Below are positions 18,001 through 26,153 of a DNA stretch of 64,000 nt, piece by piece. A model generated the notes under the pieces. It saw only the letters and a program-made list of their open reading frames with translations. It did not search any database and had not been told where the DNA came from. The stretch is from a bacterium (lineage in GTDB: Bacteria > Bacillota > Clostridia > Oscillospirales > CAG-272). The first letter of the stretch is position 1; each line of letters starts with the position of its first letter. The translations under genes and the position numbers were made by a program. Location: contig CAVGAA010000003.1 in the NCBI GenBank assembly GCA_963627065.1, positions 52,361 to 116,360 on the forward strand, given 5' to 3'.

Positions 18001-18307
18001 TTATAATTCCGGTAAATACGAAAGCGATATTGCCGATACCGTCATCGATTCCGGTATAATTACGAAAGGGAAAGAAACCGACATCGTAAAACCTGTCGCA
18101 ATTGCGGGAAAAGTCAGGCAAAGACGGCACGTCCTCTTTATTATGCTCACCGTCACGGCGGTTTTGGGAGCAGGTGCTTGCGGATTTCTCACCGCTATGC
18201 CGAATCTCTTGTCTGCGGGGGCGAAAATTCTTTTGCCGACCGTATACAGACTTTTCTGGGATATCGTTATCACAATCGCATCTTTCGGCTACGGCTTCCG
18301 CAAATAA
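15056..18307 (+). CDS. Large membrane protein: ~470-aa K/E/P/T-rich repetitive cytoplasmic N-terminus fused to a degenerate P1B-type-ATPase-like core
   Basis: 1083 aa with no signal peptide. The C-terminal 600 aa aligns by eye with the bona fide ATPase at 24183: VIFDDNELYT vs VFDKTGTLT, GVEARVDNRHGVIIGTAEFLKENNISVP vs GVGATVEGHKILVGNRRLMEKENISYT, and VMYVVIDGRLRLSYEI vs IVYVARDGKFAGSVLI. The CPC and GDGVNDAP motifs are lost. Confidence 0.7.
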   Translation: MKNNQKNRNEDKSTDELLKKLQASVIADQENEQKSKADADERAFQSKIEGMLRGVTGEEPKKAEKPEKAEKAKKSEKKPTEKPIEKTVEKTVEKPTEKPTEKPTPEKTSHIPEALRIVTEGNPNESKSIENGEKQPKKEEKEETKDIPTPTEKQEKPVQEQKKTQVTPKKSMTETKPTEQKSVERKPVEQKPIAPKAEPKKAEPNFTRPAEKTAEKTTEKTIEKPVTVAQPAPKTERKPIVIGGEKGATSANPIVIKPRKTARMTTPPTPTAKAETKQTPIVIKPPTQAEQPTEKAVAKPVEKVVEKPIEKTIEKPAEKKGSTGMSIPKTRISARPWENSQATESVQKPAETVQKPVQTTQNAPQRTAKMPQKATSQLIKKPVQKKPMPATPLPEDNHLRESLEDTASDATSTPAHDQEPQKNENAVNQKPTASPRTRRKVVETIATVDDPLAYTELKTGLDEDDIAMMFELGYDNELGHLIGVGNMKKMRREYKKKHEEKEHRRNRASFGFRGVDSTEGEDGRTAQTAYRHDRTWNIWRMILTGLCMLLLALLDIEGLNATVDSYRASYGWLFSAVSLLLLLASASLSHRQIDSGLRNLWRFSPTPYSVISVLTPIAVLYSIAVLVLGDKMTLQPIGFGMATAYFLTTVCDLIRICNEMRTLNLILSDGKKYVLDVAEPRKKKMRMARGGKIVRIVNDEIGENLYRVRQCERLDGFFGRCNDFSGSAKPFTVLLILMFALSILCGFFGAVKSDDFATGLSAFATALCFTVPTSAVYLWFYSLERANKTLAKSGSALVGDGSVGEYSQKKTVIFDDNELYTEQKCTQILARNNENCKEDLRIAGIVFRKLSKTYDAVGMKMSQDSSDAQIPVNILRTAEKGVEARVDNRHGVIIGTAEFLKENNISVPQMPEPQGNVSVMYVVIDGRLRLSYEIAYTTSSDFDSMVEMLAKADTVAIETYDPNLNQAFLARSRGENAPFIRVYNSGKYESDIADTVIDSGIITKGKETDIVKPVAIAGKVRQRRHVLFIMLTVTAVLGAGACGFLTAMPNLLSAGAKILLPTVYRLFWDIVITIASFGYGFRK
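15229..15375 (+). repeat. Degenerate in-frame tandem repeats (9-15 nt GAAAAGCC-type units), including 3 x 12 nt at 15332-15367
   Basis: GAAAAGCCGACA GAGAAGCCGACA GAGAAGCCGACA encodes EKPT x3. Flanking units GAAAAAGCCGAAAAGCCCGAAAAAGCCGAAAAGGCG encode KAEKPEKAEKAKK. Confidence 0.75.
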
Positions 18308-18363
18308 CATCCGCAACTTTCACATTTACTCATCTTTGCGATATTTCGAAAAGGAAAAATGCA

Positions 18364-21006
18364 ATGAAACAAAGCAAAAAGGTCACAAAACTGCCTAACA
18401 GTACCATTCTCAAATCGGTTTCCAAACCTGGGCGATACGCCGGAGGGGAGTACGGGCAGATCATCAAGGACAAAGAAAAAGTCAAGGCACGGTTTGCGTT
18501 CTGCTTTCCGGACACCTATGAAATCGGAATGTCCAACCTCGGCGTGCGACTGCTTTACGGTGCGTTGAACCGCCACCCCGACGTTTGGTGCGAACGTGTC
18601 TATGATCCGTGGGTGGATATGCAGGAGCAAATGAAAGCACACGATCTGTCGCTCGTGGCACTCGAAAGCGGTGATCCGCTCGATGTTTTCGATTTTGTCG
18701 CTTTCACTCTGCAATACGAAATGAGTTATACCAATGTTCTCAATATGCTCGATCTGGCAGGCATTCCCGTCAGAACCTGCGACAGAGCGGAGGACGATCC
18801 CATTATCATCGGCGGTGGACCTTGCTCATTCAACCCCGAACCGGTTGCCGACTTTTTCGACCTTTTCAACATCGGCGAAGGCGAAAATATGCTCCCGAGC
18901 ATTGTCGAATTGTATATCAGAATGCGGGACGAAGGGCGTTATACCCGTGCGGAATTTCTGCACGAAGCCGCAAGGACCATTCAGGGCGTTTACGTACCGT
19001 CGCTTTATAAAGTGACCTACCACGAGGACGGCACGGTCGAAGCCTATACGCCTGTTTATGACGATATTCCGAAGACCGTTACAAAACAAATCGTGCGTGA
19101 CTTGGACCAAGTCTATTTTCCCGACAAAGTCGTCATGCCGTATATCGAAACGGTGCATGACCGCATTATGCTCGAAGTTTACAGAGGGTGCATCAGAGGA
19201 TGCAGATTCTGCCAAGCAGGTATGATATACCGTCCCGTCCGTGAAAAAACGCCGGACGTCCTCAACGAGCAGGCAAAATGCCTTTTCGACAGTACCGGTT
19301 ATGAGGAAATGTCGCTCTCGTCCCTGTCGATCAGTGACTATACCCAACTCGAAGGACTTTGCGACAAACTCTTGGCGTGGACAGACGAAAATATGGTCAG
19401 TATGTCGCTCCCGTCCCTGCGTGTCGACAATTTCAGCAAAGAACTCATGGACCGAATCGAATCGGTGCGTTCCTCATCGCTTACTTTCGCTCCGGAAGCA
19501 GGTACGCAAAGACTGCGTGACGTCATCAACAAAAACGTGCATGAAGAAGACGTCCTGCGGTCCATGAAAGTCGCATTCGATGCAGGCAAAACGGCGGTGA
19601 AACTGTACTTTATGGAGGGACTGCCGACCGAAACGCTCGATGACATCGAGGGAATTGCCAAACTTGCCGAACGGGTTGTCGAATCCTATTACGAGAATCC
19701 CAACCGACCGAAAGGCAAGCAGGTCACCGTCACAATCAGTGTTTCCTGCTTTATTCCAAAGCCCTTTACGGCATTCCAATGGGAACCGCAGGACACAATG
19801 AAAATGCTTGCCGAAAAGCAGGAATATCTCAAAAGCAAAATTACGAACCGCCATGTGAAATATGTGCATCACGATGCAAAAGTCAGTCTTATTGAGGCGG
19901 TTTTGGCAAGGGGCGACCGCCGACTTTCGGATGCACTCGAACTTGCCTGCCACGAGGGCTTCAAATTCGATGCGTGGGATGAATATTTCGATTATGACAA
20001 ATGGATGGATATATTCAAACGGACCGGAGTCGATCCCGATTTCTACGCCCATAGGCGTTGGGGACTTGACGAGGTTTTGCCGTGGGACATTATCGACTGC
20101 GGTGTATCGAAAGAATTCTTCCGTCGTGAGCGTGACCGAGCGTATGCCGAAAAGACCACACCGAACTGCCGAGAGCAATGCTCCGCCTGCGGGGCTAACA
20201 AACTGGGAGGAGAGAGAGCGGTCTGTCCGCACGTCAATCCTTATCCGCCCGAAGAACCGACCGTTCTGCCACGCAAAATGATTCCGAATCGGCAGGAGAT
20301 TATGGCTCGGTGGACGAAAGCCGAAATGCCGTTTGTTATGCGAATCAAATTCCGCAAAGTCGGCAGTCTGCAATACATTTCGCACCTTGACTTGCAAAGA
20401 ACGCTTGCACGGGTGCTTGTCAGAGCCAATATTCCCATGTGGTACACGCAAGGCTTCAATCCGCATGCCAAAGTGACATTCGGTCTGCCCCTCTCGGTCG
20501 GGACGGAAAGCGAATGCGAATTTCTCGATCTGCGTCTGGATCGTAACATTCCGCCGTCGGAACTGGTCGAACATCTCAACCGTGAATTGACCGAGGAAAT
20601 GAAAGTCCTCGATGCCTATATTCCGACAAGCAAATTCAGTGACATCGGTTGGGCAAGATACGAAATGGACTTCTCCTTTACGGGAGCGAATGCCGAAACC
20701 GCCGAAAAAATGCAAGCCCTCTTTACAACATCCCCGCTTATGATGACCAAAAAGGGAAAAGCAGGGGAGCGTGACATCGACATTGTTCCGATGATTAAAA
20801 ACTTGACCGTCATATCGCCGTGCGAAGGGAAAATTCACCTCTCGGCAATGCTGTCCGCCGGCAGTGCCTGCTATCTCAATCCCGAATTCCTTGTCACCGC
20901 CGGAAAAGAACATCTCGGAATTCTCTCGGGCAATCCCGCAGAGGAAAGCTACCGCATTTTGCGGACGGAGGTCTATCTTACGGACGGAGTCACGGTTTTC
21001 CGCTAA
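18364..21006 (+). CDS. Radical SAM protein (TIGR03960-like, B12-binding-like N-domain) fused to a DUF2344 (TIGR03936-like) C-domain
   Basis: CxxxCxxC cluster motif YRGCIRGCRFCQAG. The C-terminal segment MRIKFRKVGSLQYISHLDLQRTLARVLVRANIPMWYTQGFNPHAKVTFGLPL is typical of DUF2344. The start is set at the ATG at 18364 (MKQSKK) because the track start at 18178 overlaps the preceding gene. Confidence 0.8.
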   Translation: MKQSKKVTKLPNSTILKSVSKPGRYAGGEYGQIIKDKEKVKARFAFCFPDTYEIGMSNLGVRLLYGALNRHPDVWCERVYDPWVDMQEQMKAHDLSLVALESGDPLDVFDFVAFTLQYEMSYTNVLNMLDLAGIPVRTCDRAEDDPIIIGGGPCSFNPEPVADFFDLFNIGEGENMLPSIVELYIRMRDEGRYTRAEFLHEAARTIQGVYVPSLYKVTYHEDGTVEAYTPVYDDIPKTVTKQIVRDLDQVYFPDKVVMPYIETVHDRIMLEVYRGCIRGCRFCQAGMIYRPVREKTPDVLNEQAKCLFDSTGYEEMSLSSLSISDYTQLEGLCDKLLAWTDENMVSMSLPSLRVDNFSKELMDRIESVRSSSLTFAPEAGTQRLRDVINKNVHEEDVLRSMKVAFDAGKTAVKLYFMEGLPTETLDDIEGIAKLAERVVESYYENPNRPKGKQVTVTISVSCFIPKPFTAFQWEPQDTMKMLAEKQEYLKSKITNRHVKYVHHDAKVSLIEAVLARGDRRLSDALELACHEGFKFDAWDEYFDYDKWMDIFKRTGVDPDFYAHRRWGLDEVLPWDIIDCGVSKEFFRRERDRAYAEKTTPNCREQCSACGANKLGGERAVCPHVNPYPPEEPTVLPRKMIPNRQEIMARWTKAEMPFVMRIKFRKVGSLQYISHLDLQRTLARVLVRANIPMWYTQGFNPHAKVTFGLPLSVGTESECEFLDLRLDRNIPPSELVEHLNRELTEEMKVLDAYIPTSKFSDIGWARYEMDFSFTGANAETAEKMQALFTTSPLMMTKKGKAGERDIDIVPMIKNLTVISPCEGKIHLSAMLSAGSACYLNPEFLVTAGKEHLGILSGNPAEESYRILRTEVYLTDGVTVFR

Positions 21007-21029
21007 TTTCGTCAGAATTCAAAACATTT

Positions 21030-21061
21030 ACAGCCGGACGGTTAAGAGTCCGGCTGTTTTA
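21030..21061 (+). terminator. Rho-independent terminator
   Basis: ACAGCCGGAC-GGTTAAGA-GTCCGGCTGT forms a perfect 10-bp stem followed by TTTT. Confidence 0.8.
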
Positions 21062-21125
21062 CATCGATATGGCGGAATGTTGAAATAAAAGCGGTTTTTT
21101 TCGAATATTTTGGTCAATCTTGGTC

Positions 21126-21154
21126 TTGACAATTCCGAAAAAAAGGTATATAAT
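21126..21154 (+). promoter_or_regulatory. Perfect consensus sigma-A promoter (TTGACA-17-TATAAT)
   Basis: TTGACA at 21126-21131 and TATAAT at 21149-21154, upstream of the antiporter gene. Confidence 0.75.
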
Positions 21155-21207
21155 ATTACGGTTGAAAAAGTGAGGAAAGTTTCTCACAAAAAAGGCAGGT
21201 AATTACT

Positions 21208-22533
21208 ATGTCAGAATCAAACATTTTGTTCAGTTTGGCACTTGCAATGGTCGCAGGACTTTTCGTGTCCAGACTGATGAAACCGTTGGGACTTCCTGCG
21301 GTTACATCCTACCTCATTGCAGGTATCATCATCGGACCGTTCGCACTTGGCAGACTCGGCATCACGGGACTGTTTTCAAGCCTCGATTCGCTCTCTACAA
21401 TGGGCGGTCTTGTGCAGGATGTCGCTCTTGGCTTCATCGCATTTGCAATCGGTAACGAGTTCAAACTTTCCGACCTCAAACATACGGGCAAGCAGGCGGG
21501 AGTTGTCGGTGTCGTACAGGCGGTAACGGCAATGATTGTCGTCGATGCGGTCTTAATCGGTCTGCATTTCATACTCGGCGAGGACGTCCTTCCGCTTTCC
21601 GTCGCAATCACTTTGGGAGCAACGGCAACGGCTACCGCTCCGGCGGCAACGCTTATGGTCGTTCGCCAATACAAAGCAAAAGGACCTTTGACCGATATTC
21701 TATTGCCGGTTGTCGCACTTGACGATGCGGTGGGACTTGTCTGTTTCTCGGTGTCTATCGGTGTCGCTCAGGCAGTCGAGGGCGGTGCCGTCAGTGTGGT
21801 TTCCATTCTGGTCAATCCGCTTTTGGAAGTCTTCCTTTCACTCATTCTGGGTTCGGTCGCCGGTGTCATTTTCACGGCAGTCGAAAGTCTTTTCAAATCC
21901 AACAGCAAGCGTCTTTGCCTCTCCATTACCTTTGTTCTGCTTACCATTGCCGTGTCGCAGGTCGAGTATACCTTTGACAGCGGAATCAAGATTTCTTTTT
22001 CGTCCCTGCTTGTCTGCATGATGCTCGGAACACTTTTCTGTAACCTTTGCAAATCTGCGGACGAATTGATGGGGAAGACCGATAAATGGACCATGCCCCT
22101 TTATGTTCTGTTCTTCGTTATCAGCGGAGCGGAACTCGATTTCAGTGTCTTTTCGAGTTTTGCCGTCATCGGAGTCGGTTTGGCTTACGTTATTTTCCGT
22201 TCGTTCGGCAAGTGGATTGGTGCTTATGTCAGTGCAAAAGCAACCGAATGTCCGCCGTCTGTCGTGAAATATCTCGGCATTACGCTCTTGCCTCAGGCGG
22301 GCGTTTCAATCGGTATGTCCATTACCGCCGCCGCATCGCTCTCAAACGGTTCGCTCGTGCGGAATATCGTGCTGTTTGCAGTCCTCATTTATGAACTGGT
22401 CGGACCGTCCCTCACCAAGTGGGCTTTGATTAAAGCTGGGGACGTTACGCCAAAGCCGGTCGACACGCAGAAAACCAAAGTTTCGGTTGCCGAAATGTTT
22501 GCCGACGATGTTGACGAAGACGACACGAAGTAA
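21208..22533 (+). CDS. Cation:proton antiporter (Na+/H+ exchanger family, CPA-type)
   Basis: 441 aa with about 12 TM segments. The N-terminus LALAMVAGLFVSRLMKPLGLPAVTSYLIAGIIIGPFALG is typical of the Na_H_Exchanger family. It ends in an acidic tail. Confidence 0.8.
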   Translation: MSESNILFSLALAMVAGLFVSRLMKPLGLPAVTSYLIAGIIIGPFALGRLGITGLFSSLDSLSTMGGLVQDVALGFIAFAIGNEFKLSDLKHTGKQAGVVGVVQAVTAMIVVDAVLIGLHFILGEDVLPLSVAITLGATATATAPAATLMVVRQYKAKGPLTDILLPVVALDDAVGLVCFSVSIGVAQAVEGGAVSVVSILVNPLLEVFLSLILGSVAGVIFTAVESLFKSNSKRLCLSITFVLLTIAVSQVEYTFDSGIKISFSSLLVCMMLGTLFCNLCKSADELMGKTDKWTMPLYVLFFVISGAELDFSVFSSFAVIGVGLAYVIFRSFGKWIGAYVSAKATECPPSVVKYLGITLLPQAGVSIGMSITAAASLSNGSLVRNIVLFAVLIYELVGPSLTKWALIKAGDVTPKPVDTQKTKVSVAEMFADDVDEDDTK

Positions 22534-22572
22534 CGAACAGTGAAAATTGAATAAGTTGCATGTATAAGAAAA

Positions 22573-22606
22573 TCCCACTGTCGGACCGAAAGGCGAGGCA
22601 GTGGGA
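22573..22606. terminator. Bidirectional terminator between convergent genes
   Basis: TCCCACTG...CAGTGGGA forms an 8-bp stem, flanked by an A-run on the left and ATATTTTT on the right. Confidence 0.6.
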
Positions 22607-22612
22607 ATATTT

Positions 22613-23233
22613 TTAGTTTTCAGCGTTCTTTTCGTCGCTCAACGGAATATCCGAACCCATAAGAATCAACTTTCTTGCCTGCGGAATCTTAAAGAGCAGA
22701 ACAGCACCGACAACGACAAGCACTGTTTCGGGGAGCATATAAGCACCGTTATAAAGGAAGGAGTAGAGGAACGGGCGGTTGACGAAACTCGAGCCGAACA
22801 CGACGAATTCTTCGTAATTTGCCCAAAGGACGAATCCTGCGATAAAGTGCGTAACAAATCGGAGCAGACTTGCCAAGACAACGCCCAGAATGCAACCTTT
22901 GTCGCCGTGACGGCGGAACAGACCTGCCAAACCCAAAACCGTGAAAGCGATAATGTAATCGAGGAAAAGCGAGCCTATGAGCATTACGGGTGTTAGTCCC
23001 CATGAAAAAATACCGCCTTGCAGAATCTGAAACCATGAGAAGAGGAAGGATGTTGCAAGCCCCCAACGCAGACCGTGTCTTATCGAAATCAGCATAACGG
23101 GCAGTGTCGAGAAGAGTGTAACAGAACCGCCCCAAGGCAATTTGTAGATTGTTGCGAAGGAGAGGGCGACAGAAAGGGCGAGCATCAAACCGCATTCCGC
23201 CAAGGTGATAAGTTTTTTGTTTCTTGTTTGCAT
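22613..23233 (-). CDS. thiT: ThiT-like ECF transporter S component (thiamine)
   Basis: MQTRNKKLITLAECGLMLALSVALSFATIYKLPWGGSVTL... with 6 TM segments, immediately downstream of a TPP riboswitch. A GGAGG RBS sits 8 nt before the ATG at 23233; the track start at 23263 is upstream of that RBS. Confidence 0.8.
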   Translation of the reverse strand: MQTRNKKLITLAECGLMLALSVALSFATIYKLPWGGSVTLFSTLPVMLISIRHGLRWGLATSFLFSWFQILQGGIFSWGLTPVMLIGSLFLDYIIAFTVLGLAGLFRRHGDKGCILGVVLASLLRFVTHFIAGFVLWANYEEFVVFGSSFVNRPFLYSFLYNGAYMLPETVLVVVGAVLLFKIPQARKLILMGSDIPLSDEKNAEN

Positions 23234-23246
23234 ATAAGAAACCTCC

Positions 23247-23392
23247 AAAATAAAATACCGCACACATCTGCGTACGGTAAATGAGGTAAAACCTACCTTA
23301 TAAATACTCCCTACGCCGGTATTATCCGTATCAGGTTAAGGGTTCGGCAAAGCCGTCTCAGCATCAGCCAATGGCATCAGCACCCCCGATTT
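23247..23392 (-). promoter_or_regulatory. TPP (THI-box) riboswitch with terminator expression platform
   Basis: Minus strand reads GGGGGUGCUGAUGCCAUUGGCUGAUGCUGAGACGGCUUUGCCGAACCCUUAACCUGAUACGGAUAAUACCGGCGUAGGGAG, containing the CUGAGA and ACCUGAU..GGAUAAUACC..GCG core motifs. It is followed by the hairpin ACCGUACGCA/UGUGUGCGGU plus AUUUUAUUUU (23278-23247). Confidence 0.9.
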
Positions 23393-23409
23393 TATGCGGT
23401 TCGTGACGT

Positions 23410-23438
23410 ATTATAGCACAAAAGTGCCGACTTGTCAA
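23410..23438 (-). promoter_or_regulatory. Perfect consensus sigma-A promoter driving the TPP riboswitch and thiT
   Basis: On the minus strand, TTGACA lies at 23438-23433, followed by a 17-nt spacer and TATAAT at 23415-23410. Confidence 0.75.
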
Positions 23439-23497
23439 GGGAATTTGCAAGACTTCCGCAGAAAATCAAAAAAAATTTTATTTTTTCTTGAAACCTA

Positions 23498-23526
23498 TTG
23501 ACAAAGCAGGCACGCTGTGATATAAT
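23498..23526 (+). promoter_or_regulatory. Perfect consensus sigma-A promoter of the metal-resistance operon
   Basis: TTGACA at 23498-23503, a 17-nt spacer, and TATAAT at 23521-23526. Confidence 0.75.
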
Positions 23527-23531
23527 AACAC

Positions 23532-23547
23532 TTGAACAATTATTCAA
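23532..23547. promoter_or_regulatory. Candidate ArsR/SmtB operator (imperfect 16-bp palindrome)
   Basis: TTGAACAATTATTCAA is self-complementary at 14 of 16 positions and contains a TGAACA half-site. It starts 5 nt downstream of the -10 hexamer. Confidence 0.5.
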
Positions 23548-23565
23548 CTATCGAAAGGCGAGCGT

Positions 23566-23922
23566 ATGAAAGAACTTCCGCAATGCAAAGAGCATGAAAC
23601 GCACCCCGAACGCATGAATGAGGCAATAGGGAATATGCCGGACGAAGACAGCCTTTTCGCACTGGCGGACCTTTACAAAATCTTCGGCGACAGTACAAGA
23701 CTCCGCATTCTGTATGTTCTGTACGAAACCGAACTTTGCGTTTGCGATATTGCGGAACTCTGCGGTATGACGGTTTCGGCAATTTCGCACCAACTGCGAA
23801 TCTTAAAGCAATCAAGGCTCGTAAAATACCGCAAATCGGGAAAAAGCGTTTTCTATTCGCTCGATGACGAGCACGTGCATTCCATTCTCGCACAAGGCAT
23901 CGAACACCTGAATGAAAAGTAA
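23566..23922 (+). CDS. ArsR/SmtB-family metal-sensing repressor
   Basis: LADLYKIFGDSTRLRILYVLYETELCVCDIAELCGMTVSAISHQLRILKQSRLVKYRKSGKSVFYSL: winged HTH with a CVC metal-site motif. Confidence 0.88.
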   Translation: MKELPQCKEHETHPERMNEAIGNMPDEDSLFALADLYKIFGDSTRLRILYVLYETELCVCDIAELCGMTVSAISHQLRILKQSRLVKYRKSGKSVFYSLDDEHVHSILAQGIEHLNEK

Positions 23923-23962
23923 ATAACAGAGGATACCTCTGAAATTATAAGGAGAATTTACC

Positions 23963-24181
23963 ATGAAAAAGAATTACAAACTTGACGGACTCGACTGTGC
24001 AAACTGTGCCGCAAAAATCGAGAAGAACATCAAAAAACTGGACGGTGTCACCGATGCCACGGTCAGTTTCTTCGCACAGAAATTGGTTCTCGAAGCGGAT
24101 GACGACAAATTTGACGAGATAGTCAAAAAAGTTGCCGAAATCGTACACCGTGTCGATCCAGACTGCACCATGATTCTGTGA
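23963..24181 (+). CDS. Stand-alone heavy-metal-associated (HMA) domain protein
   Basis: 72 aa. YKLDGLDCANCAAKIEKNIKKLDGV is a CadA-N-terminus-type CxxC motif. Confidence 0.8.
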   Translation: MKKNYKLDGLDCANCAAKIEKNIKKLDGVTDATVSFFAQKLVLEADDDKFDEIVKKVAEIVHRVDPDCTMIL

Positions 24182-24182
24182 T

Positions 24183-26045
24183 ATGAAACTGTTCGGATTA
24201 ACAAGAAAGCAGACGAATCATCTGCTACGCATCTCAGGGGCAGGCATTCTGCTCCTCCTTGCGGTTATACTGGAAAAAGTCGGCGTATTGCCGGCGGATG
24301 TGCGATACATCGCCATTCCGGTTTTCGCAATTCCGTATTTTCTTGTCGGCTATGACGTGCTGTGGTCGGCAATTCTCAATATCGTTCACGGGCAACTCAT
24401 GGACGAGCATTTTCTCATGATGATTGCAACGGTCGGAGCATTCGTTTTAGGGGAGTACCCCGAGGCGGTCTTCGTTATGCTTTTCTATCAGGTCGGCGAA
24501 CTGTTCCAGAGTATTGCGGTCGGCAGGAGCCGGAAATCCATAGCAAGTTTAATGGACATTCGACCGGATGTCGCAACGGTCGAACGGGACGGGCAGAAGG
24601 TCACACTCTCACCGGATGAAGTCGCAGTCGGTGAAATCATCGTCATTCGTCCCGGGGAGAAAATACCCCTTGATGGTAGCATTGTCGAGGGCGTGTCCGA
24701 ACTCAATACCGTGTCGCTCACGGGAGAATCGGCATTGCGTGACGTGCAGGCAGGCGATTCAGTCATCAGCGGTTGTGTCAATGTCAGCGGACTGTTGCGT
24801 GTAAAAGTCGAAAAGCCTTTCGGCGAATCGACGGTTTCAAAAATTCTCGAACTGGTCGAAAATTCCGAACTGGTCAAATCCAAGACAGAAAACGCCATTA
24901 CGAAATTTGCAAGAATTTACACACCTGCGGTCGTGGTCGGAGCGGTTCTGCTGGCGGTTATCCCGTCACTCATTACGGGCGATTGGACAACGTGGGTATA
25001 CAAAGCACTCTGCTTCTTGGTCGTGTCCTGCCCGTGTGCGTTGGTTATTTCCGTACCGCTTTCCTATTTCGGCGGTTTGGGGGCAGCGTCCAAAAGGGGT
25101 GTTCTCATCAAAGGAGCAAACCATTTGGAGGCATTGGCATCGCTCAAAATTGCCGTCTTCGATAAAACCGGAACGCTTACGAAAGGCTCATTCGAAGTGA
25201 CGGATGTCAACCCCGTAGGAATGGAAAAAGCAGAGTTGTTGCGACTTTCGGCATCGGCGGAGCAGTACTCTAATCACCCGATTGCAAGTGCTTTGCGGAA
25301 CGCAAAGATTGATGCATTGTCACCTGCGACGGATGTGGCGGAACTTGCCGGTTACGGTGTCGGGGCTACGGTTGAAGGGCATAAAATTTTGGTCGGTAAC
25401 CGCCGTTTAATGGAGAAAGAAAACATTTCCTACACACCGTCGGCGGAACTCGGAACGATTGTATATGTCGCTCGCGACGGTAAATTTGCGGGATCCGTCC
25501 TCATTTCGGACGTCGTAAAGCCCGAAACGGCGGAAGCATTGGCGGAACTGCGAAAGAACGGTGTCGCAAGACTCGAAATGCTCTCCGGCGACCGTGAAGA
25601 AGTCGCAAAATCGGTTGCAAACGAATTAGGGCTTGACGGTTACCGTGCGGAACTTTTGCCGGCGGATAAAGCCGACGAGGTCGGTCGGATGCTTGCGGAA
25701 AAAACTTCGGGAACGCTTGCGTTTGTCGGAGATGGTGTCAACGATGCACCGGTTTTGGCTCGTGCAGATGTCGGAATTGCAATGGGGGCTTTGGGATCGG
25801 ATGCCGCAATCGAGGCAGCGGACGTGGTCTTAATGGACGATGATCCGAGAGGCATCGCAAAAGCCGTCAAAATCGCACGCAAAACAAGAGTCATCGTGTG
25901 GGAAAATATCATATTCGCACTCGGTATCAAACTCGGATTTTTGGCTCTCTCGGCATTCGGACTTGTCTCCATGTGGGCTGCCACGTTCGCAGATGTCGGC
26001 GTTGCCGTTATCGCAATTCTCAACGCAATGCGTGCAGGAAAATAA
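24183..26045 (+). CDS. P1B-type heavy-metal (Cd/Zn/Co-type) translocating ATPase
   Basis: All signature motifs are present: VVSCPCALVIS (CPC), FDKTGTLTKG, SNHPIASAL (HP) and VGDGVNDAPVLA. 620 aa. Confidence 0.92.
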   Translation: MKLFGLTRKQTNHLLRISGAGILLLLAVILEKVGVLPADVRYIAIPVFAIPYFLVGYDVLWSAILNIVHGQLMDEHFLMMIATVGAFVLGEYPEAVFVMLFYQVGELFQSIAVGRSRKSIASLMDIRPDVATVERDGQKVTLSPDEVAVGEIIVIRPGEKIPLDGSIVEGVSELNTVSLTGESALRDVQAGDSVISGCVNVSGLLRVKVEKPFGESTVSKILELVENSELVKSKTENAITKFARIYTPAVVVGAVLLAVIPSLITGDWTTWVYKALCFLVVSCPCALVISVPLSYFGGLGAASKRGVLIKGANHLEALASLKIAVFDKTGTLTKGSFEVTDVNPVGMEKAELLRLSASAEQYSNHPIASALRNAKIDALSPATDVAELAGYGVGATVEGHKILVGNRRLMEKENISYTPSAELGTIVYVARDGKFAGSVLISDVVKPETAEALAELRKNGVARLEMLSGDREEVAKSVANELGLDGYRAELLPADKADEVGRMLAEKTSGTLAFVGDGVNDAPVLARADVGIAMGALGSDAAIEAADVVLMDDDPRGIAKAVKIARKTRVIVWENIIFALGIKLGFLALSAFGLVSMWAATFADVGVAVIAILNAMRAGK

Positions 26046-26080
26046 ATATTCAGGTCACCTCTAAAAATTCCGCCCACATC

Positions 26081-26109
26081 TTGAAATCTTTCGCAAGATG
26101 TGGTATAAT
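26081..26109 (+). promoter_or_regulatory. Sigma-A promoter with extended -10 (TTGAAA-17-TGgTATAAT)
   Basis: TTGAAA at 26081-26086 and TATAAT at 26104-26109. It is embedded in a perfect 10-bp hairpin (26074-26083 / 26094-26103). Confidence 0.6.
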
Positions 26110-26153
26110 AACGGTAGATGAGTTATGAAAAAAAGGAAAGATAGGAAAAACAA

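Noticed and set aside
26074-26103. Perfect 10-bp hairpin CCACATCTTG/CAAGATGTGG after the metal ATPase, considered as an intrinsic terminator.
   Set aside because: It has no U-tract. The hairpin coincides with the spacer of a TTGAAA-17-TGgTATAAT promoter for the next gene. A terminator role is not excluded but is unsupported.
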